A stretch of DNA of 64,000 nt from an uncultured bacterium (lineage in GTDB: Bacteria > UBP14 > UBA6098). The notes under the pieces are model-generated. The model was given only the letters and a program-made list of their open reading frames with translations, made no database searches and was not told the DNA's origin. The stretch lies in contig CAYWOR010000009.1 in the NCBI GenBank assembly GCA_964459995.1, positions 36,891-100,890 of the forward strand, in the 5' to 3' direction. The translations under genes were made by a program, and so were the position numbers. Shown in pieces: positions 1-9,580 of the stretch (position 1 is its first letter; each line of letters begins with the position of its first letter).

Positions 1-40
1 AGCCGTCTCGATGGCACCGGCCCGTAGGTGAATCTGCCCA

Positions 41-505
41 CTATTTGCCGCCTTTAGCAAGTTCTTTTCGGTATTCGTCGAGTTTTTTTGCGATGTCTTC
101 GTCGTGAAGCGCGAGAATCCTCGCGGCGAAAAGGGCGGCATTTTTTGCGCCGTGTTTTCCGATAGCCATCGTGCCAACGGGTGTTGAACCGGGCATTTGG
201 ACTATGGATAAAAGAGCGTCGATACCGTTAAGAGGCCCGCCGTCTGCAGGGACGCCTATGACAGGAAGCTCGGTCATACTGGCTACCACTCCCGGCAAAT
301 GCGCGGCGAGCCCTGCGATAGCGATAATGATATCGAACCCTTTTTCCTTCGCCGTGGTGGCGAACTCCTTGCAGGTGTCGGGCTGACGATGTGCCGAGAT
401 AATAAAATCCTCATGCCCGATTCCAAATTTGTCGAGGGTTTCTTTGACTTTCTCGACAAGCTCTTTGTCAGAACTGCTTCCGCATACGATTGCAACTTGG
501 CTCAT
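41..505 (-). CDS. purE: N5-carboxyaminoimidazole ribonucleotide mutase
   Basis: 154 aa; PurE-like motifs (IISAHRQPD, GLAAHLPGVVA, VIGVP); adjacent to purD on the same strand. Confidence 0.9.
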   Translation of the reverse strand: MSQVAIVCGSSSDKELVEKVKETLDKFGIGHEDFIISAHRQPDTCKEFATTAKEKGFDIIIAIAGLAAHLPGVVASMTELPVIGVPADGGPLNGIDALLSIVQMPGSTPVGTMAIGKHGAKNAALFAARILALHDEDIAKKLDEYRKELAKGGK

Positions 506-517
506 CTCTTCTCCTCG

Positions 518-1786
518 TTATCTGAGAAAATTGTGTCCTATGTCGTTTCTGTGAAATTCCTTATCCCAGCTGATTTTTTCGACTGCGCGATATGCCCTGT
601 CGCGCGCCTTCTGAAGGGTTTTATCCCAAGCGGTAACTCCGAGAACTCTGCCGCCGTCGGTAACGACTTTATCGCCGATGGTGGTTGTTCCGGCATGGAA
701 AACCTGAGTTTGGTCATCTTTGACATCATCGAGCCCGAATATTTCCGCGCCTTTTTTGTATCTCTTGGGATAACCGCCGCTGGCCATAACCACGCACATC
801 GCGGACATATCATTTCTCCATATAATTTCTGATTCTTCCAACTTGTCATGGTGAATATGAAGCATAATCTCCATCAAATCGGTTTCCAGCAAGGGCAGAA
901 TAACCTGAGTCTCCGGGTCGCCGAAACGGCAGTTATACTCGAGAACCTTAAACTCGCCATTCACAATCATAAGACCGGGATAGATAACCCCTTTGAATGG
1001 TGTTCCACGGTATCTCAGACCGTCGATTGTCGGCTGAAGAATTTCCTCCTGAATCCTTGCGAGAGTTCTCTCGTCGAGATTTGGATTTGGCGAGATTGTG
1101 CCCATTCCGCCGGTATTTGGGCCGACACCGCCATCGAAAGCGCGTTTGTAGTCGGTGCTTGTAACCATCGGCACAACAGTCTTGCCGTCGGTGAATGCAA
1201 GAACCGAAACCTCCCTTCCGGGAATGAACTCCTCGATTAGAATACGACGGCCTGCTTCGCCCCACGCGCGCTCGATCATCGACCTGCGGATAGCGTCTTT
1301 TGCCTCTTCGATGTTTTCGGCAACGACTGTTCCCTTTCCTGCGGCGAGACCGTCGGCTTTTATAACGAGGGGTAGTTTATGGTTTTCGACGAACTTTATC
1401 GCGTCTTCTGCGTTATCGAAACTCACGAAGCTCGCTGTAGGAATTCGGAATTCGTTCATGAATTCTTTCGCGTAGATCTTACTGGATTCTATTTTCGCGG
1501 CTTCCTGACCCGGTCCGAAGACATTTAGTTTCCGGCTGTTGAAATAATCGACAATACCTTCCGATAGCGGTGCTTCCGGCCCTACCACAGTGAAATCGAC
1601 ACCGGTCTTCTCGACGAAAGAAGCCAAATTTCGAATATCTGTGTCCTGAATATTCACACTTTCCGCGAGCTGAGATATGCCCGCATTTCCCGGTGCGCAG
1701 TAGATTTTTTCGACATATCTGCTCTGTGAAAGTTTCCAAATAAGAGCGTGTTCTCTTCCACCGCCGCCAACTACAAGTATTTTCAT
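518..1786 (-). CDS. purD: phosphoribosylamine--glycine ligase
   Basis: ATP-grasp enzyme with N-terminus MKILVVGGGGREHAL. The listed ORF runs to 1870, but the internal ATG at 1786 gives the family-typical length of about 422 aa. Confidence 0.9.
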   Translation of the reverse strand: MKILVVGGGGREHALIWKLSQSRYVEKIYCAPGNAGISQLAESVNIQDTDIRNLASFVEKTGVDFTVVGPEAPLSEGIVDYFNSRKLNVFGPGQEAAKIESSKIYAKEFMNEFRIPTASFVSFDNAEDAIKFVENHKLPLVIKADGLAAGKGTVVAENIEEAKDAIRRSMIERAWGEAGRRILIEEFIPGREVSVLAFTDGKTVVPMVTSTDYKRAFDGGVGPNTGGMGTISPNPNLDERTLARIQEEILQPTIDGLRYRGTPFKGVIYPGLMIVNGEFKVLEYNCRFGDPETQVILPLLETDLMEIMLHIHHDKLEESEIIWRNDMSAMCVVMASGGYPKRYKKGAEIFGLDDVKDDQTQVFHAGTTTIGDKVVTDGGRVLGVTAWDKTLQKARDRAYRAVEKISWDKEFHRNDIGHNFLR

Positions 1787-1988
1787 TTTCGACTCCTTGA
1801 TTTCTGTTTTATGTAATTTAATGCTCGACCGCCCCAATGTCAACAATCGAAGTTCTAACACTGACATCAAATAAAATATAGCGGGAACTTTGACTTTTAG
1901 AAATAATCACCAAGTATATTTTCTTATTGACAATTGAATCCAAAAGAACGATTTTAACGCAAAGCAACTTTTATTATTAGGAGGAAAA

Positions 1989-2780
1989 TTGAAAAAGACA
2001 ATCGTTGCACTGGTTCTTATCGGAATTATCATCTATGGCTTCGGATGTTGCGGAGTGCTCGATAAGGCCAAAGATTTAGCTAAGGATGTTGAAAGCACAG
2101 TAGATGCGATGGCTCGTTTCAGCGAAGATATCGAAAAGCTGAAGAATGAAGACGGCGAATTTGTGCTCACACAGGCCAGAATCGATAAATTCATCAAACA
2201 ATACCCCATTTTCAAAGAAATCGTAGAAAAGAAGGGCGAAGAGGTCGAAAGCGCTAAGGATGACTATTCGAAGGGCATGAAATCGCTTAATGAACTCGCT
2301 AATCTCGATAAGGATCTTCGCGACGCAGGTATCGATAATCCAGCCGAATTCTACCTCACTTTCGGCGAAATTAGCGCGGGGATGCTTTACCTTTCATTTG
2401 AACATTATGCTAAAGCTACCAAAGAGGGTATGAGCGATCAGGCCGCCGAGTTCAAAAAACAGCTCGAAGACCCGAACACCCCGGAGGATCAGAAAGAGAT
2501 GCTTCGCGAGGCAATCAAGGCCATCGAGGAAGTCGGTCAGGAAAAACCGGATGTCCCCGGCGAACTGAACGAAGACGAAGTTGATCTTATTCGTAAGAAT
2601 TTCGATGCAATAGCCAAACTCCTCGGCATGGAGTTCCCTGAAACACAAGGAGATCAGGAAACTGAAGAAGCCGAAGTGGCTGAGGCGGAAGAACCGAAGA
2701 CCGAAGAGGCCGAAAAGCCCGCCGCTCCCAAACCCCCGCAGGGACAAGGTGGCAAGCCCAAAGGCGCTCGAGTAGAATAA
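1989..2780 (+). CDS. hypothetical lipoprotein with acidic/Pro-rich low-complexity C-terminal tail
   Basis: TTG start 5 nt after AGGAGG; signal peptide plus lipobox (YGFGC); C-terminal E/A/K/P-rich tail; no recognisable family. Confidence 0.5.
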   Translation: MKKTIVALVLIGIIIYGFGCCGVLDKAKDLAKDVESTVDAMARFSEDIEKLKNEDGEFVLTQARIDKFIKQYPIFKEIVEKKGEEVESAKDDYSKGMKSLNELANLDKDLRDAGIDNPAEFYLTFGEISAGMLYLSFEHYAKATKEGMSDQAAEFKKQLEDPNTPEDQKEMLREAIKAIEEVGQEKPDVPGELNEDEVDLIRKNFDAIAKLLGMEFPETQGDQETEEAEVAEAEEPKTEEAEKPAAPKPPQGQGGKPKGARVE

Positions 2781-2799
2781 ACTGTCCAATCTTATTTTT

Positions 2800-2856
2800 C
2801 GCCCGGTTGATGGAGAGCTATTCACCGCTTTTTCGGACAACCGGGCGTTTTGTTTA
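2800..2856 (+). terminator. putative intrinsic terminator (10-bp GC-rich inverted repeat CGCCCGGTTG/CAACCGGGCG followed by TTTTGTTT)
   Basis: Inverted repeat at 2800-2809 / 2838-2847 followed by a T-tract; the loop is unusually long (28 nt). Confidence 0.4.
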
Positions 2857-2894
2857 TAGTTTGACACATAAGTCGTATTTGACGGAGCACAACG

Positions 2895-3539
2895 ATGTTC
2901 AACAATATAAAAGCAATTTTCGAACGCGATCCCGCATGTAGGAATGTTTTCGAGGCAATAATCTGTTATCCGGGGTTACATGCCCTCTGGTCGCATAGAA
3001 TAGCGCATTTCTTCTGGGCGAAACTACGGTTAAGACTTTTGGCGAGGCTTATAAGCGAGACATCGCGTTTCTTCACCGGAATAGAAATCCACCCCGGAGC
3101 GGTTATAGGCAAGGGGCTTTTCATCGACCACGGAATGGGTGTGGTTGTCGGCGAAACGACGATTATCGGTAATAATGTTACACTTTATCAGGGCGTTACA
3201 CTTGGCGGAACAGGTAAGGAAAAGGGGAAACGCCATCCGACTCTTGGGAATAACATCGTTGTCGGCGCAGGGGCAAAAGTTCTGGGCAATATCACAATCG
3301 GCGACGAGGTGCGTATCGGTGCCGGAAGTGTGGTTGTTCGCGATGTCGAACACGATTCGACGGTTGTTGGAATCCCCGGCAGAGTCGTTATAAGCAAAGG
3401 CAAAAAAGTCCATGAAGCATGGCTCGATCATGGGAATTTACCCGACCCCATAACAGAAAGACTCGCAGATTTACAGAGCCTTATTAACGAACTTCGTAAG
3501 ATGGTGAACGAAGACCTCGGAATTCGAAAAGGGGAGTAA
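2895..3539 (+). CDS. cysE: serine O-acetyltransferase
   Basis: Hexapeptide-repeat acyltransferase with the typical CysE N-terminal helical region ([16 protein letters not shown]) and a left-handed beta-helix core ([31 protein letters not shown]); immediately upstream of cysK. Confidence 0.9.
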   Translation: MFNNIKAIFERDPACRNVFEAIICYPGLHALWSHRIAHFFWAKLRLRLLARLISETSRFFTGIEIHPGAVIGKGLFIDHGMGVVVGETTIIGNNVTLYQGVTLGGTGKEKGKRHPTLGNNIVVGAGAKVLGNITIGDEVRIGAGSVVVRDVEHDSTVVGIPGRVVISKGKKVHEAWLDHGNLPDPITERLADLQSLINELRKMVNEDLGIRKGE

Positions 3540-3544
3540 CACAG

Positions 3545-4447
3545 ATGACGGCGCGAACGATTGGCATCCTCGAAGCGATCGGGAACACTCCACTGATAGA
3601 ACTTCGAACAAAAAAAAACCTGTTCGCCAAACTCGAAATGTCAAATCCCGGCGGCTCGGTTAAAGACCGTGCGGCGCTAAGCATCATCACCGACGCTGAA
3701 AATCGCGGTCTTCTCGATTCAAAAACAACCGTAATAGAAGCCACCAGCGGGAACACCGGCATCGCCCTCGCGATGATATGTGCGATTCGAGGCTATGAGT
3801 GCTTTCTTGCGATGCCGGAGAGTATGTCAATCGAACGAAGAAAGATTATGCAGGCGTATGGGGCGAAAATCGAGCTGACCCCGCCGGAAAAAGGGATGAG
3901 AGGGGCGATAGAAAGAATAGATGAGCTTCAACATGATATCCCGAAAACCTTCGTAGCAAGCCAATTCTCGAATAGTGCGAATGTCGCCGCCCATGAATTC
4001 GGCACCGGCCCGGAAATTATCGAAGCTCTCGAAGGCAAAATCGATGCTTTCGTTGCAGGAATCGGCACTGGCGGGACGATAACTGGAGTTGCTAAAGCAC
4101 TGAAAACGGCAGGGATCCCGGCGAGAATCATCGGGATCGAACCTGAAGAATCCGCGGTTCTAAGCGGCAAACCTTCTGGAAAACACGGTATTCAAGGAAT
4201 CGGCGCAGGTTTTGTTCCGGAAATCCTCGATCTTGAACTTCTTCACGAAATCCGTCGTATCGATACAACCACTGCAATTCAAGCCGCTCGTCTTTTAGCC
4301 GAAAAAGAAGGCATACTCGGCGGAATATCCTCCGGCGCGGCATATTGGATTGCCACACAAATCACCTACGAACTCGGTGAAAATGCAAATGTCGTTACAC
4401 TCTTCCCCGACGGCGGCTTTAAATACCTTTCAACAGGCCTTTTCTGA
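3545..4447 (+). CDS. cysK: cysteine synthase (O-acetylserine sulfhydrylase)
   Basis: PLP-enzyme motifs NPGGSVKDR and TSGNTGIALA; 300 aa; 5-nt gap after cysE. Confidence 0.9.
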   Translation: MTARTIGILEAIGNTPLIELRTKKNLFAKLEMSNPGGSVKDRAALSIITDAENRGLLDSKTTVIEATSGNTGIALAMICAIRGYECFLAMPESMSIERRKIMQAYGAKIELTPPEKGMRGAIERIDELQHDIPKTFVASQFSNSANVAAHEFGTGPEIIEALEGKIDAFVAGIGTGGTITGVAKALKTAGIPARIIGIEPEESAVLSGKPSGKHGIQGIGAGFVPEILDLELLHEIRRIDTTTAIQAARLLAEKEGILGGISSGAAYWIATQITYELGENANVVTLFPDGGFKYLSTGLF

Positions 4448-4449
4448 AA

Positions 4450-4815
4450 ATGGTCCAAAAGAAATTCATCGAACGAGGCGATATCGGCGAGAAACTTGCG
4501 GCCGAATTCCTTTTGAAACTGGGTTATGAGATAATCTCGAGAAATTGGCGTATTCGCCAAGGGGAGATAGATATAATCGCAAAAGACGGCAGAACGATTG
4601 TCTTTGTGGAAGTTAAAACGGCCTACGGGGATAAATTCGGCAGACCCGAGGAATGGGTCAATACGGCAAAACGCCGCCAAATTGGCAAAATAGCCGAAGC
4701 CTGGATTGATAAACACAATCCAGAGGGCTATTTTTTCAGATTCGATGTTGTGGCTCTAACAAAAACTCCCGAAGGCTTCGATTTGAATCATATTATCGAC
4801 GCCTTCAGTCTTTAG
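4450..4815 (+). CDS. yraN: YraN-family (UPF0102) endonuclease-like protein
   Basis: 121 aa; the N-terminus (GEKLAAEFLLKLGYEIISRNWR...GEIDIIAKDG...VFVEVK) matches the YraN/UPF0102 family. Confidence 0.8.
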   Translation: MVQKKFIERGDIGEKLAAEFLLKLGYEIISRNWRIRQGEIDIIAKDGRTIVFVEVKTAYGDKFGRPEEWVNTAKRRQIGKIAEAWIDKHNPEGYFFRFDVVALTKTPEGFDLNHIIDAFSL

Positions 4816-5158
4816 GACGATCCACAGACTCGGATTTTGTTCTTTTTAGTTGTTCTTCGCGTTTCTCCAGCTCTTCCGCAACCATTTGCCAGATTTTGCT
4901 CCAGCGCTCGGGAGATTTGTCGAGTTCGGTTTTGTAATTGTCGAACTGATCGCGAGATACGTTGTTGGCTTTGAAAATGGAATCCTGAATCGCGGAAAGA
5001 TGCACAGAGTCGGAAAGGAATTGTTCCGCCGCGAAAGAAAGATCGACATACAGCAACACAAACTGTGTGTCCGTTATCGCTTTCGTCTCGGCGAAAGAGC
5101 ATCCTGCGACAATTACAAGCGCAGTCAAGAACATGAATTTTGCTAACGATTTTGTCAT
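4805..5158 (-). CDS. hypothetical lipoprotein
   Basis: Start chosen at MTKSLAKFMFLTALVIVAGC (AAGGT RBS, lipobox VAGC); convergent with yraN, overlapping it by 11 nt. Confidence 0.45.
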   Translation of the reverse strand: MTKSLAKFMFLTALVIVAGCSFAETKAITDTQFVLLYVDLSFAAEQFLSDSVHLSAIQDSIFKANNVSRDQFDNYKTELDKSPERWSKIWQMVAEELEKREEQLKRTKSESVDRPKD

Positions 5159-5258
5159 AAGCGTTACCTTCATTTTGAAGATAAACCGAACTATTATTTT
5201 GTCAAGTTCAATAACTTCATCGCTGTTTCGCAAACTCTATGCCAATAGGAAATTCAAG

Positions 5259-6329
5259 ATGGAAAAAAGGTCAGTTCGAAAGCTTACAAAAAAAATAAAG
5301 GTCGGCAGAATATCAATTGGTGGGGATTCACCGGTTTCTGTTCAATCTATGCTCGATGTTCCGACTACGGATATCGATTTGGCGATTGCGCAGATATACC
5401 GTCTCGAGTCTGCCGGATGCGATATTGTTAGATTGGCGATTCGAGATTTTGTCGCGGTCGAAGCCTTCGCGAAGATACGCAAGTCAACTGAAATGCCGCT
5501 TGTGGCTGATATTCATTTCGACTACAGACTCGCAATTAGCGCGATAGAGGCCGGCGCAGACAAGATCCGCATTAATCCGGGAAATATCGGCACAAAAGAA
5601 AGAGTCAGAGAGGTCGCAGAGACGGCAAAAAGTAAAGATGTCCCGATAAGAATCGGTGTTAATGCCGGAAGTCTTCCGGAGAATATAGCGCCGCATAAGT
5701 CTTTACCCGAAAAGATGTTAGAAGCGGCGATCCGAGAAATATCGATTCTCGAAGAGTTTGAATTCACCGACATTGTCGTATCCATGAAATCCCATGACAT
5801 ATTCGATGTTATCGAGGCGAACAGGCTTTTCAGCGAACGGTTCGATTATCCTCTGCATTTGGGAGTTACCGAGGCTGGATTGCCGCCTGATGCTCTTATA
5901 AAAGGCTCATTGGGAATCGGTGCCCTTCTTGTCGAGGGAATCGGCGACACTATTCGATTTTCTATAACAGGCGATCCTGTGGAGGAGGTTATCGCCGGCA
6001 AAGATCTTCTGCAGGCCTGCCATTTGCATGAAAAGGGGATAGAACTTGTCAGTTGCCCAGTTTGCGGGAGATGCCGTGTCGATTTGGCGAATATTGCGGC
6101 CAAAGTCAAAGAAGCCTTACCCAATACCGAAAGGAAACTCGTCGTCGCAGTTATGGGGTGCGAGGTCAACGGCCCCGGTGAAGCGAAAAACGCGGATATC
6201 GGAATCGCAGGGGGAGACAACTGCTTTTTCCTTTTCAAGGATGGTGTTCCGATAAAAAAAGTCTCTGTGGAAGACGCTGTATCATCGTTATTGGGGGAGA
6301 TTTATTCTCTTCTCGAAGAAACTCGATGA
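5259..6329 (+). CDS. ispG: 4-hydroxy-3-methylbut-2-en-1-yl diphosphate synthase (flavodoxin)
   Basis: GcpE family: KVGRISIGGDSPVSVQSM at the N-terminus and the C-terminal Cys cluster CPVCGRC...GCEVNGPGE. The ORF opens at 5067, but homology begins at the MEKRS ATG at 5259. Confidence 0.9.
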   Translation: MEKRSVRKLTKKIKVGRISIGGDSPVSVQSMLDVPTTDIDLAIAQIYRLESAGCDIVRLAIRDFVAVEAFAKIRKSTEMPLVADIHFDYRLAISAIEAGADKIRINPGNIGTKERVREVAETAKSKDVPIRIGVNAGSLPENIAPHKSLPEKMLEAAIREISILEEFEFTDIVVSMKSHDIFDVIEANRLFSERFDYPLHLGVTEAGLPPDALIKGSLGIGALLVEGIGDTIRFSITGDPVEEVIAGKDLLQACHLHEKGIELVSCPVCGRCRVDLANIAAKVKEALPNTERKLVVAVMGCEVNGPGEAKNADIGIAGGDNCFFLFKDGVPIKKVSVEDAVSSLLGEIYSLLEETR

Positions 6330-6437
6330 TAAATCAAAACCGTCCTAATATTTAATGGTTGAAATTTTTCTTTTTTTCGTTAAAGAATTAATATGTAGTG
6401 TCGAAATCGAGAACGTTCATAATCAATAACTTTAAGT

Positions 6438-9278
6438 ATGGAATACAATTATTTGAATATCAATAGGATAGCAATTCTACTTCTTCTAATTTTAGTATCC
6501 GTTTCACCGGTTCTTGCCCAAGAATATAAAGATAGTGCGAGAAAATCAGCAAACAACGATTCAATCCATGTCGCAGTTTACCGCAATTTCCCCCCTTTCA
6601 GCTTCATTGACGACCACGGCAATCCGCAGGGTTTTTCGATTGCAATCGCAAAAGAGATAGGCAAAAGGCTCGATAAGCCTGTCGCATACCGTTTTATAGG
6701 ATTCGACGAGGTTGCCGATTCGGCTGTTCGAGCTGAATGCAATTTGTTCGTCGGTGTCCATCGCAATAACTGTTTCGGCGATGAATGGGTATTTTCGAAA
6801 CCGATAATCCAAAGTCAATTCTCCTTCTATTGTGGCAAAAACCACATTATAAGCGGTCTAAATGATTTATGCGATAAGCGAATTGCGACACCGCCATTGC
6901 TTCCGCTTTCAGAACTTCTTGAAACAAAATGTGAAGAGCTAAATGTGCGGAAACTCTCACCGCGCAACGCTATAATGGCCTTAGCCGAGGGTGAGATCGA
7001 AATTGCAGTAGTGCCTTCAGAGGTAGGGGACTATTTCATTCGCGAGTTCGGATTGCAGGCGAAAGTAGATAAACTGGACACTCCAACCCTCAAATTCGAT
7101 TATGTCGTCGCAATTCCCGCAGAAAAGGTCGAAATTCTCGGCCAAATTGATGACATAATTTCCTCACTTAAAAAAGACGGACAGCTTGCCACATTGCGAG
7201 GCAAATGGCTTAATCCGCCCACTGAGGGAAAGAAATCTGCAGGCGGATATGTTTATCTCATAATTGTTCTTATCGTTCTCATGGGCATGCTGTTCTTTTA
7301 TATCGCATTGAAAAACCGTAACTTCCGGATTTATACCGAGGCGGAAAAAAATGTCTCGGAAGCACTAAAAAACGAACTCGAAGATCTGAAGAAGCAATTC
7401 GACGGATATAATCTCGCCGCTTCCGCGGTCGATATAGGCTTCTTCGCCATTCGTGACGAAGATGGTATCCTCGGTAGATTCGTTTATGTCAATTACGGCC
7501 TCGAAAAGATCACGGGTTATACCTTTGAAGAACTAAGCAAGAAGAGTTTTGTCGAGCTTTTCGAAGGAGAAGATTTAGAAAAGGTTATCGAAAGATATAA
7601 ACTTCGCAGAAGAGGGGAAGACATACCCGAAGCCTACGAAGTGATAGGGATTCGTTCCGACGGCGAAAGAAGACCAATTGAACTTTCGGTGCGTTTAGCC
7701 CATCTCTCCGAAGGTGATCTAACCCTTGGAATCGTAAAGGATTTGTCGCGCGAGAAGAACCTTCAGAAAAAGCTCCGCGAATCCGACCAAAACTTCAGGG
7801 CGATGCTCTCGAGTATGCCGAATGGAGCGCTTGTTCTAAATAACCAAAGGATACTCTACATAAACAACGCATTCCGGCAATTGATAGGAAAAAGCCCCGA
7901 GTGGATACGTTCGAGCGGTATCTCAAGAATATTGCCGCCTGTCCATCGGGCGCGTATCGAAGCTCTTATCAATAATCTTATAGATGGCAAAGAAGCACCA
8001 AAGGAGATACAATTCGAGCTTCTCGGCCCCGATGACGATCTTGTTTTGCTAACCGCAAGACCACGTGCAGTAAGCTATTTCGGCGAATCCGCGGTGCTTT
8101 TTATCATCGATAACAAAGTCGGCGCAGATTCGCAATCCGCGTCGAAAGAATCGCGTCCGACAACAGGTTTTGCAAAGGCAACCGAAGATCTCGTTCTCGA
8201 CTACAACAATAGTATTATGAGTATTGTGGGCGCGGCCAGCAGATTGTCCAATCTCACCGAAAACAACCCCGAAGAGCTAGAGTTCACTCGAATTATAGAG
8301 AAAGAATCCGAACGTCTCGGCGAATTGACCGGAAAATTGCTCTCAATCACAAAAGAATCCGATGAGAAAAGCGGTAGGGTCATTTCTGTTCACTCGGTTA
8401 TTCGTGATGCAATCGAACTTTTGCCCACACAGCCTTCGGTGGCGTTTTCCATCAAGACTTTTTTCAACGCCAGACCGGATACTATTCGCGGAAACCTCTC
8501 GCAGATACATCAAGCTGTGCTGAATCTGATGGTCAACGCAGTGGAAACTATGCCCCAAGGAGGAGACCTGACCGTTATCACAGGGAATTCGGTCTTCGAA
8601 TCGCCGCGCATAATTAGTGATGAAAGCGTAGATCCCGGTCGCTATGTTTGGATATTGATAAAAGACAACGGCCCGGGTATCGTCGAACCTGAGCTGGAGA
8701 ACATTTTCAAACCTTTCTCCGGCGCTGGGCGAGTCGGCGCGGGTTTTGGATTGGGACTTTCGCTGGTTCAAAAACTGGTGAAACGCCATCAGGGATTCAT
8801 CTCGGTTGAATCAGAATTAGGAAAAGGAACAACCTTCACGATATATTTCCCCGAAGTGCTTCCGATCGAGGCAGAATCTTGCTCCGAGAAAAAGCTTCCG
8901 CGAGGCGACGAGACAGTCCTTGTCGTCGATGACGAACCACACATTCGAACGGTTCTCGATTCGATGCTCAACTATTTGGGCTACAAGGTTCTCTTAGCCT
9001 CTAATGGTGCTGAAGCGATTGAAATAATGCGTTCTAAGAGCAAGGAAATCAGCCTCGTTCTTTTAGATATCATAATGCCCGAAATGAGCGGCGAAGAGGC
9101 CTATCGCAACATTAAGAACATCAAACCGGAAGCAAAGATAGTTATCTCGACAGGTTATGCACGCGATCAAACGCTTAGCGACCTTCTTCAACAGGGCGCC
9201 GATTCGCTTATTCGTAAGCCCTATTCTGTCGGCACGATTGCGCGTGTTATCCGCGAAACTCTCGATGGGGTGAAATAA
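6438..9278 (+). CDS. hybrid sensor histidine kinase: periplasmic solute-binding-like domain, TM, PAS x2, HisKA-like, HATPase_c, receiver domain
   Basis: 946 aa; signal peptide, periplasmic SBP-like domain, TM helix (YVYLIIVLIVLMGMLFFYIAL), PAS regions, ATPase N/G1/G2 boxes (NLMVNAVE, DNGPGI, GFGLGLS), and a C-terminal receiver (VLVVDDEP...VLLDIIMP...K). The H-box reads LDYNN rather than HDFNN. Confidence 0.8.
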   Translation: MEYNYLNINRIAILLLLILVSVSPVLAQEYKDSARKSANNDSIHVAVYRNFPPFSFIDDHGNPQGFSIAIAKEIGKRLDKPVAYRFIGFDEVADSAVRAECNLFVGVHRNNCFGDEWVFSKPIIQSQFSFYCGKNHIISGLNDLCDKRIATPPLLPLSELLETKCEELNVRKLSPRNAIMALAEGEIEIAVVPSEVGDYFIREFGLQAKVDKLDTPTLKFDYVVAIPAEKVEILGQIDDIISSLKKDGQLATLRGKWLNPPTEGKKSAGGYVYLIIVLIVLMGMLFFYIALKNRNFRIYTEAEKNVSEALKNELEDLKKQFDGYNLAASAVDIGFFAIRDEDGILGRFVYVNYGLEKITGYTFEELSKKSFVELFEGEDLEKVIERYKLRRRGEDIPEAYEVIGIRSDGERRPIELSVRLAHLSEGDLTLGIVKDLSREKNLQKKLRESDQNFRAMLSSMPNGALVLNNQRILYINNAFRQLIGKSPEWIRSSGISRILPPVHRARIEALINNLIDGKEAPKEIQFELLGPDDDLVLLTARPRAVSYFGESAVLFIIDNKVGADSQSASKESRPTTGFAKATEDLVLDYNNSIMSIVGAASRLSNLTENNPEELEFTRIIEKESERLGELTGKLLSITKESDEKSGRVISVHSVIRDAIELLPTQPSVAFSIKTFFNARPDTIRGNLSQIHQAVLNLMVNAVETMPQGGDLTVITGNSVFESPRIISDESVDPGRYVWILIKDNGPGIVEPELENIFKPFSGAGRVGAGFGLGLSLVQKLVKRHQGFISVESELGKGTTFTIYFPEVLPIEAESCSEKKLPRGDETVLVVDDEPHIRTVLDSMLNYLGYKVLLASNGAEAIEIMRSKSKEISLVLLDIIMPEMSGEEAYRNIKNIKPEAKIVISTGYARDQTLSDLLQQGADSLIRKPYSVGTIARVIRETLDGVK

Positions 9279-9280
9279 TA

Positions 9281-9577
9281 ATGTTAGACATGCTTAATGT
9301 TTGGGAACTCAGATGGATTCTCTATCTTCTCGGGTTTATTTTCGTTCCACGGATTAATCTGCTTTTCATCTGGCATTTCCACGGTGGAACATTCTGGGAT
9401 AGGCGCGCGATATTATTTGTTCCGGGATGGTTTCTTATGCCGCGAATGATGACAGGACTTATCGTAGCTTTCACAACAGAAAATTTTCAGCTCGGCGCAA
9501 TAATGGCTATCGCAGGTTTTCTAATGGACGGCGGAATGAAATATTTCTGGTATAAACGCCGCAAGAAAAAGGATTAA
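9281..9577 (+). CDS. small hypothetical membrane protein
   Basis: 98 aa; hydrophobic, with 3 predicted TM segments and a basic C-terminus; translationally coupled between the kinase and the lipoate ligase gene. Confidence 0.4.
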   Translation: MLDMLNVWELRWILYLLGFIFVPRINLLFIWHFHGGTFWDRRAILFVPGWFLMPRMMTGLIVAFTTENFQLGAIMAIAGFLMDGGMKYFWYKRRKKKD

Positions 9578-9580
9578 TTA

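Noticed and set aside
299-832. Numerous antisense or alternate-frame ORFs inside well-supported genes (e.g. 171..386, 299..832, 11800..12669, 21593..22591, 36592..37464, 39228..39986, 42083..42559, 45005..45613, 52178..52690, 58149..58694)
   Set aside because: All are embedded in, or antisense to, long ORFs with clear homology or domain structure. They have no RBS or family resemblance and are typical shadow ORFs.
1787-1870. 28-codon N-terminal extension of purD and 4-codon extensions of glmS (22691-22702) and bcp (41805-41816)
   Set aside because: Family-conserved N-termini (MKILVVGGGG; MCGIVGY with the obligatory Cys2 nucleophile; MKDIELK preceded by GGAGG) show the first ATGs are not the real starts.
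5067-5258. N-terminal 64-codon extension of the ispG ORF (MSVIAFVSAKEH...)
   Set aside because: No homology to IspG/GcpE; it overlaps the convergent lipoprotein gene; the conserved N-terminus begins at the internal ATG (5259).
6411-6418. GAACGTTC palindrome as a second LexA box
   Set aside because: The arms are adjacent (N0) rather than separated by 4 nt as in the lexA operator and the Cheo consensus. It was kept only as a generic palindrome.
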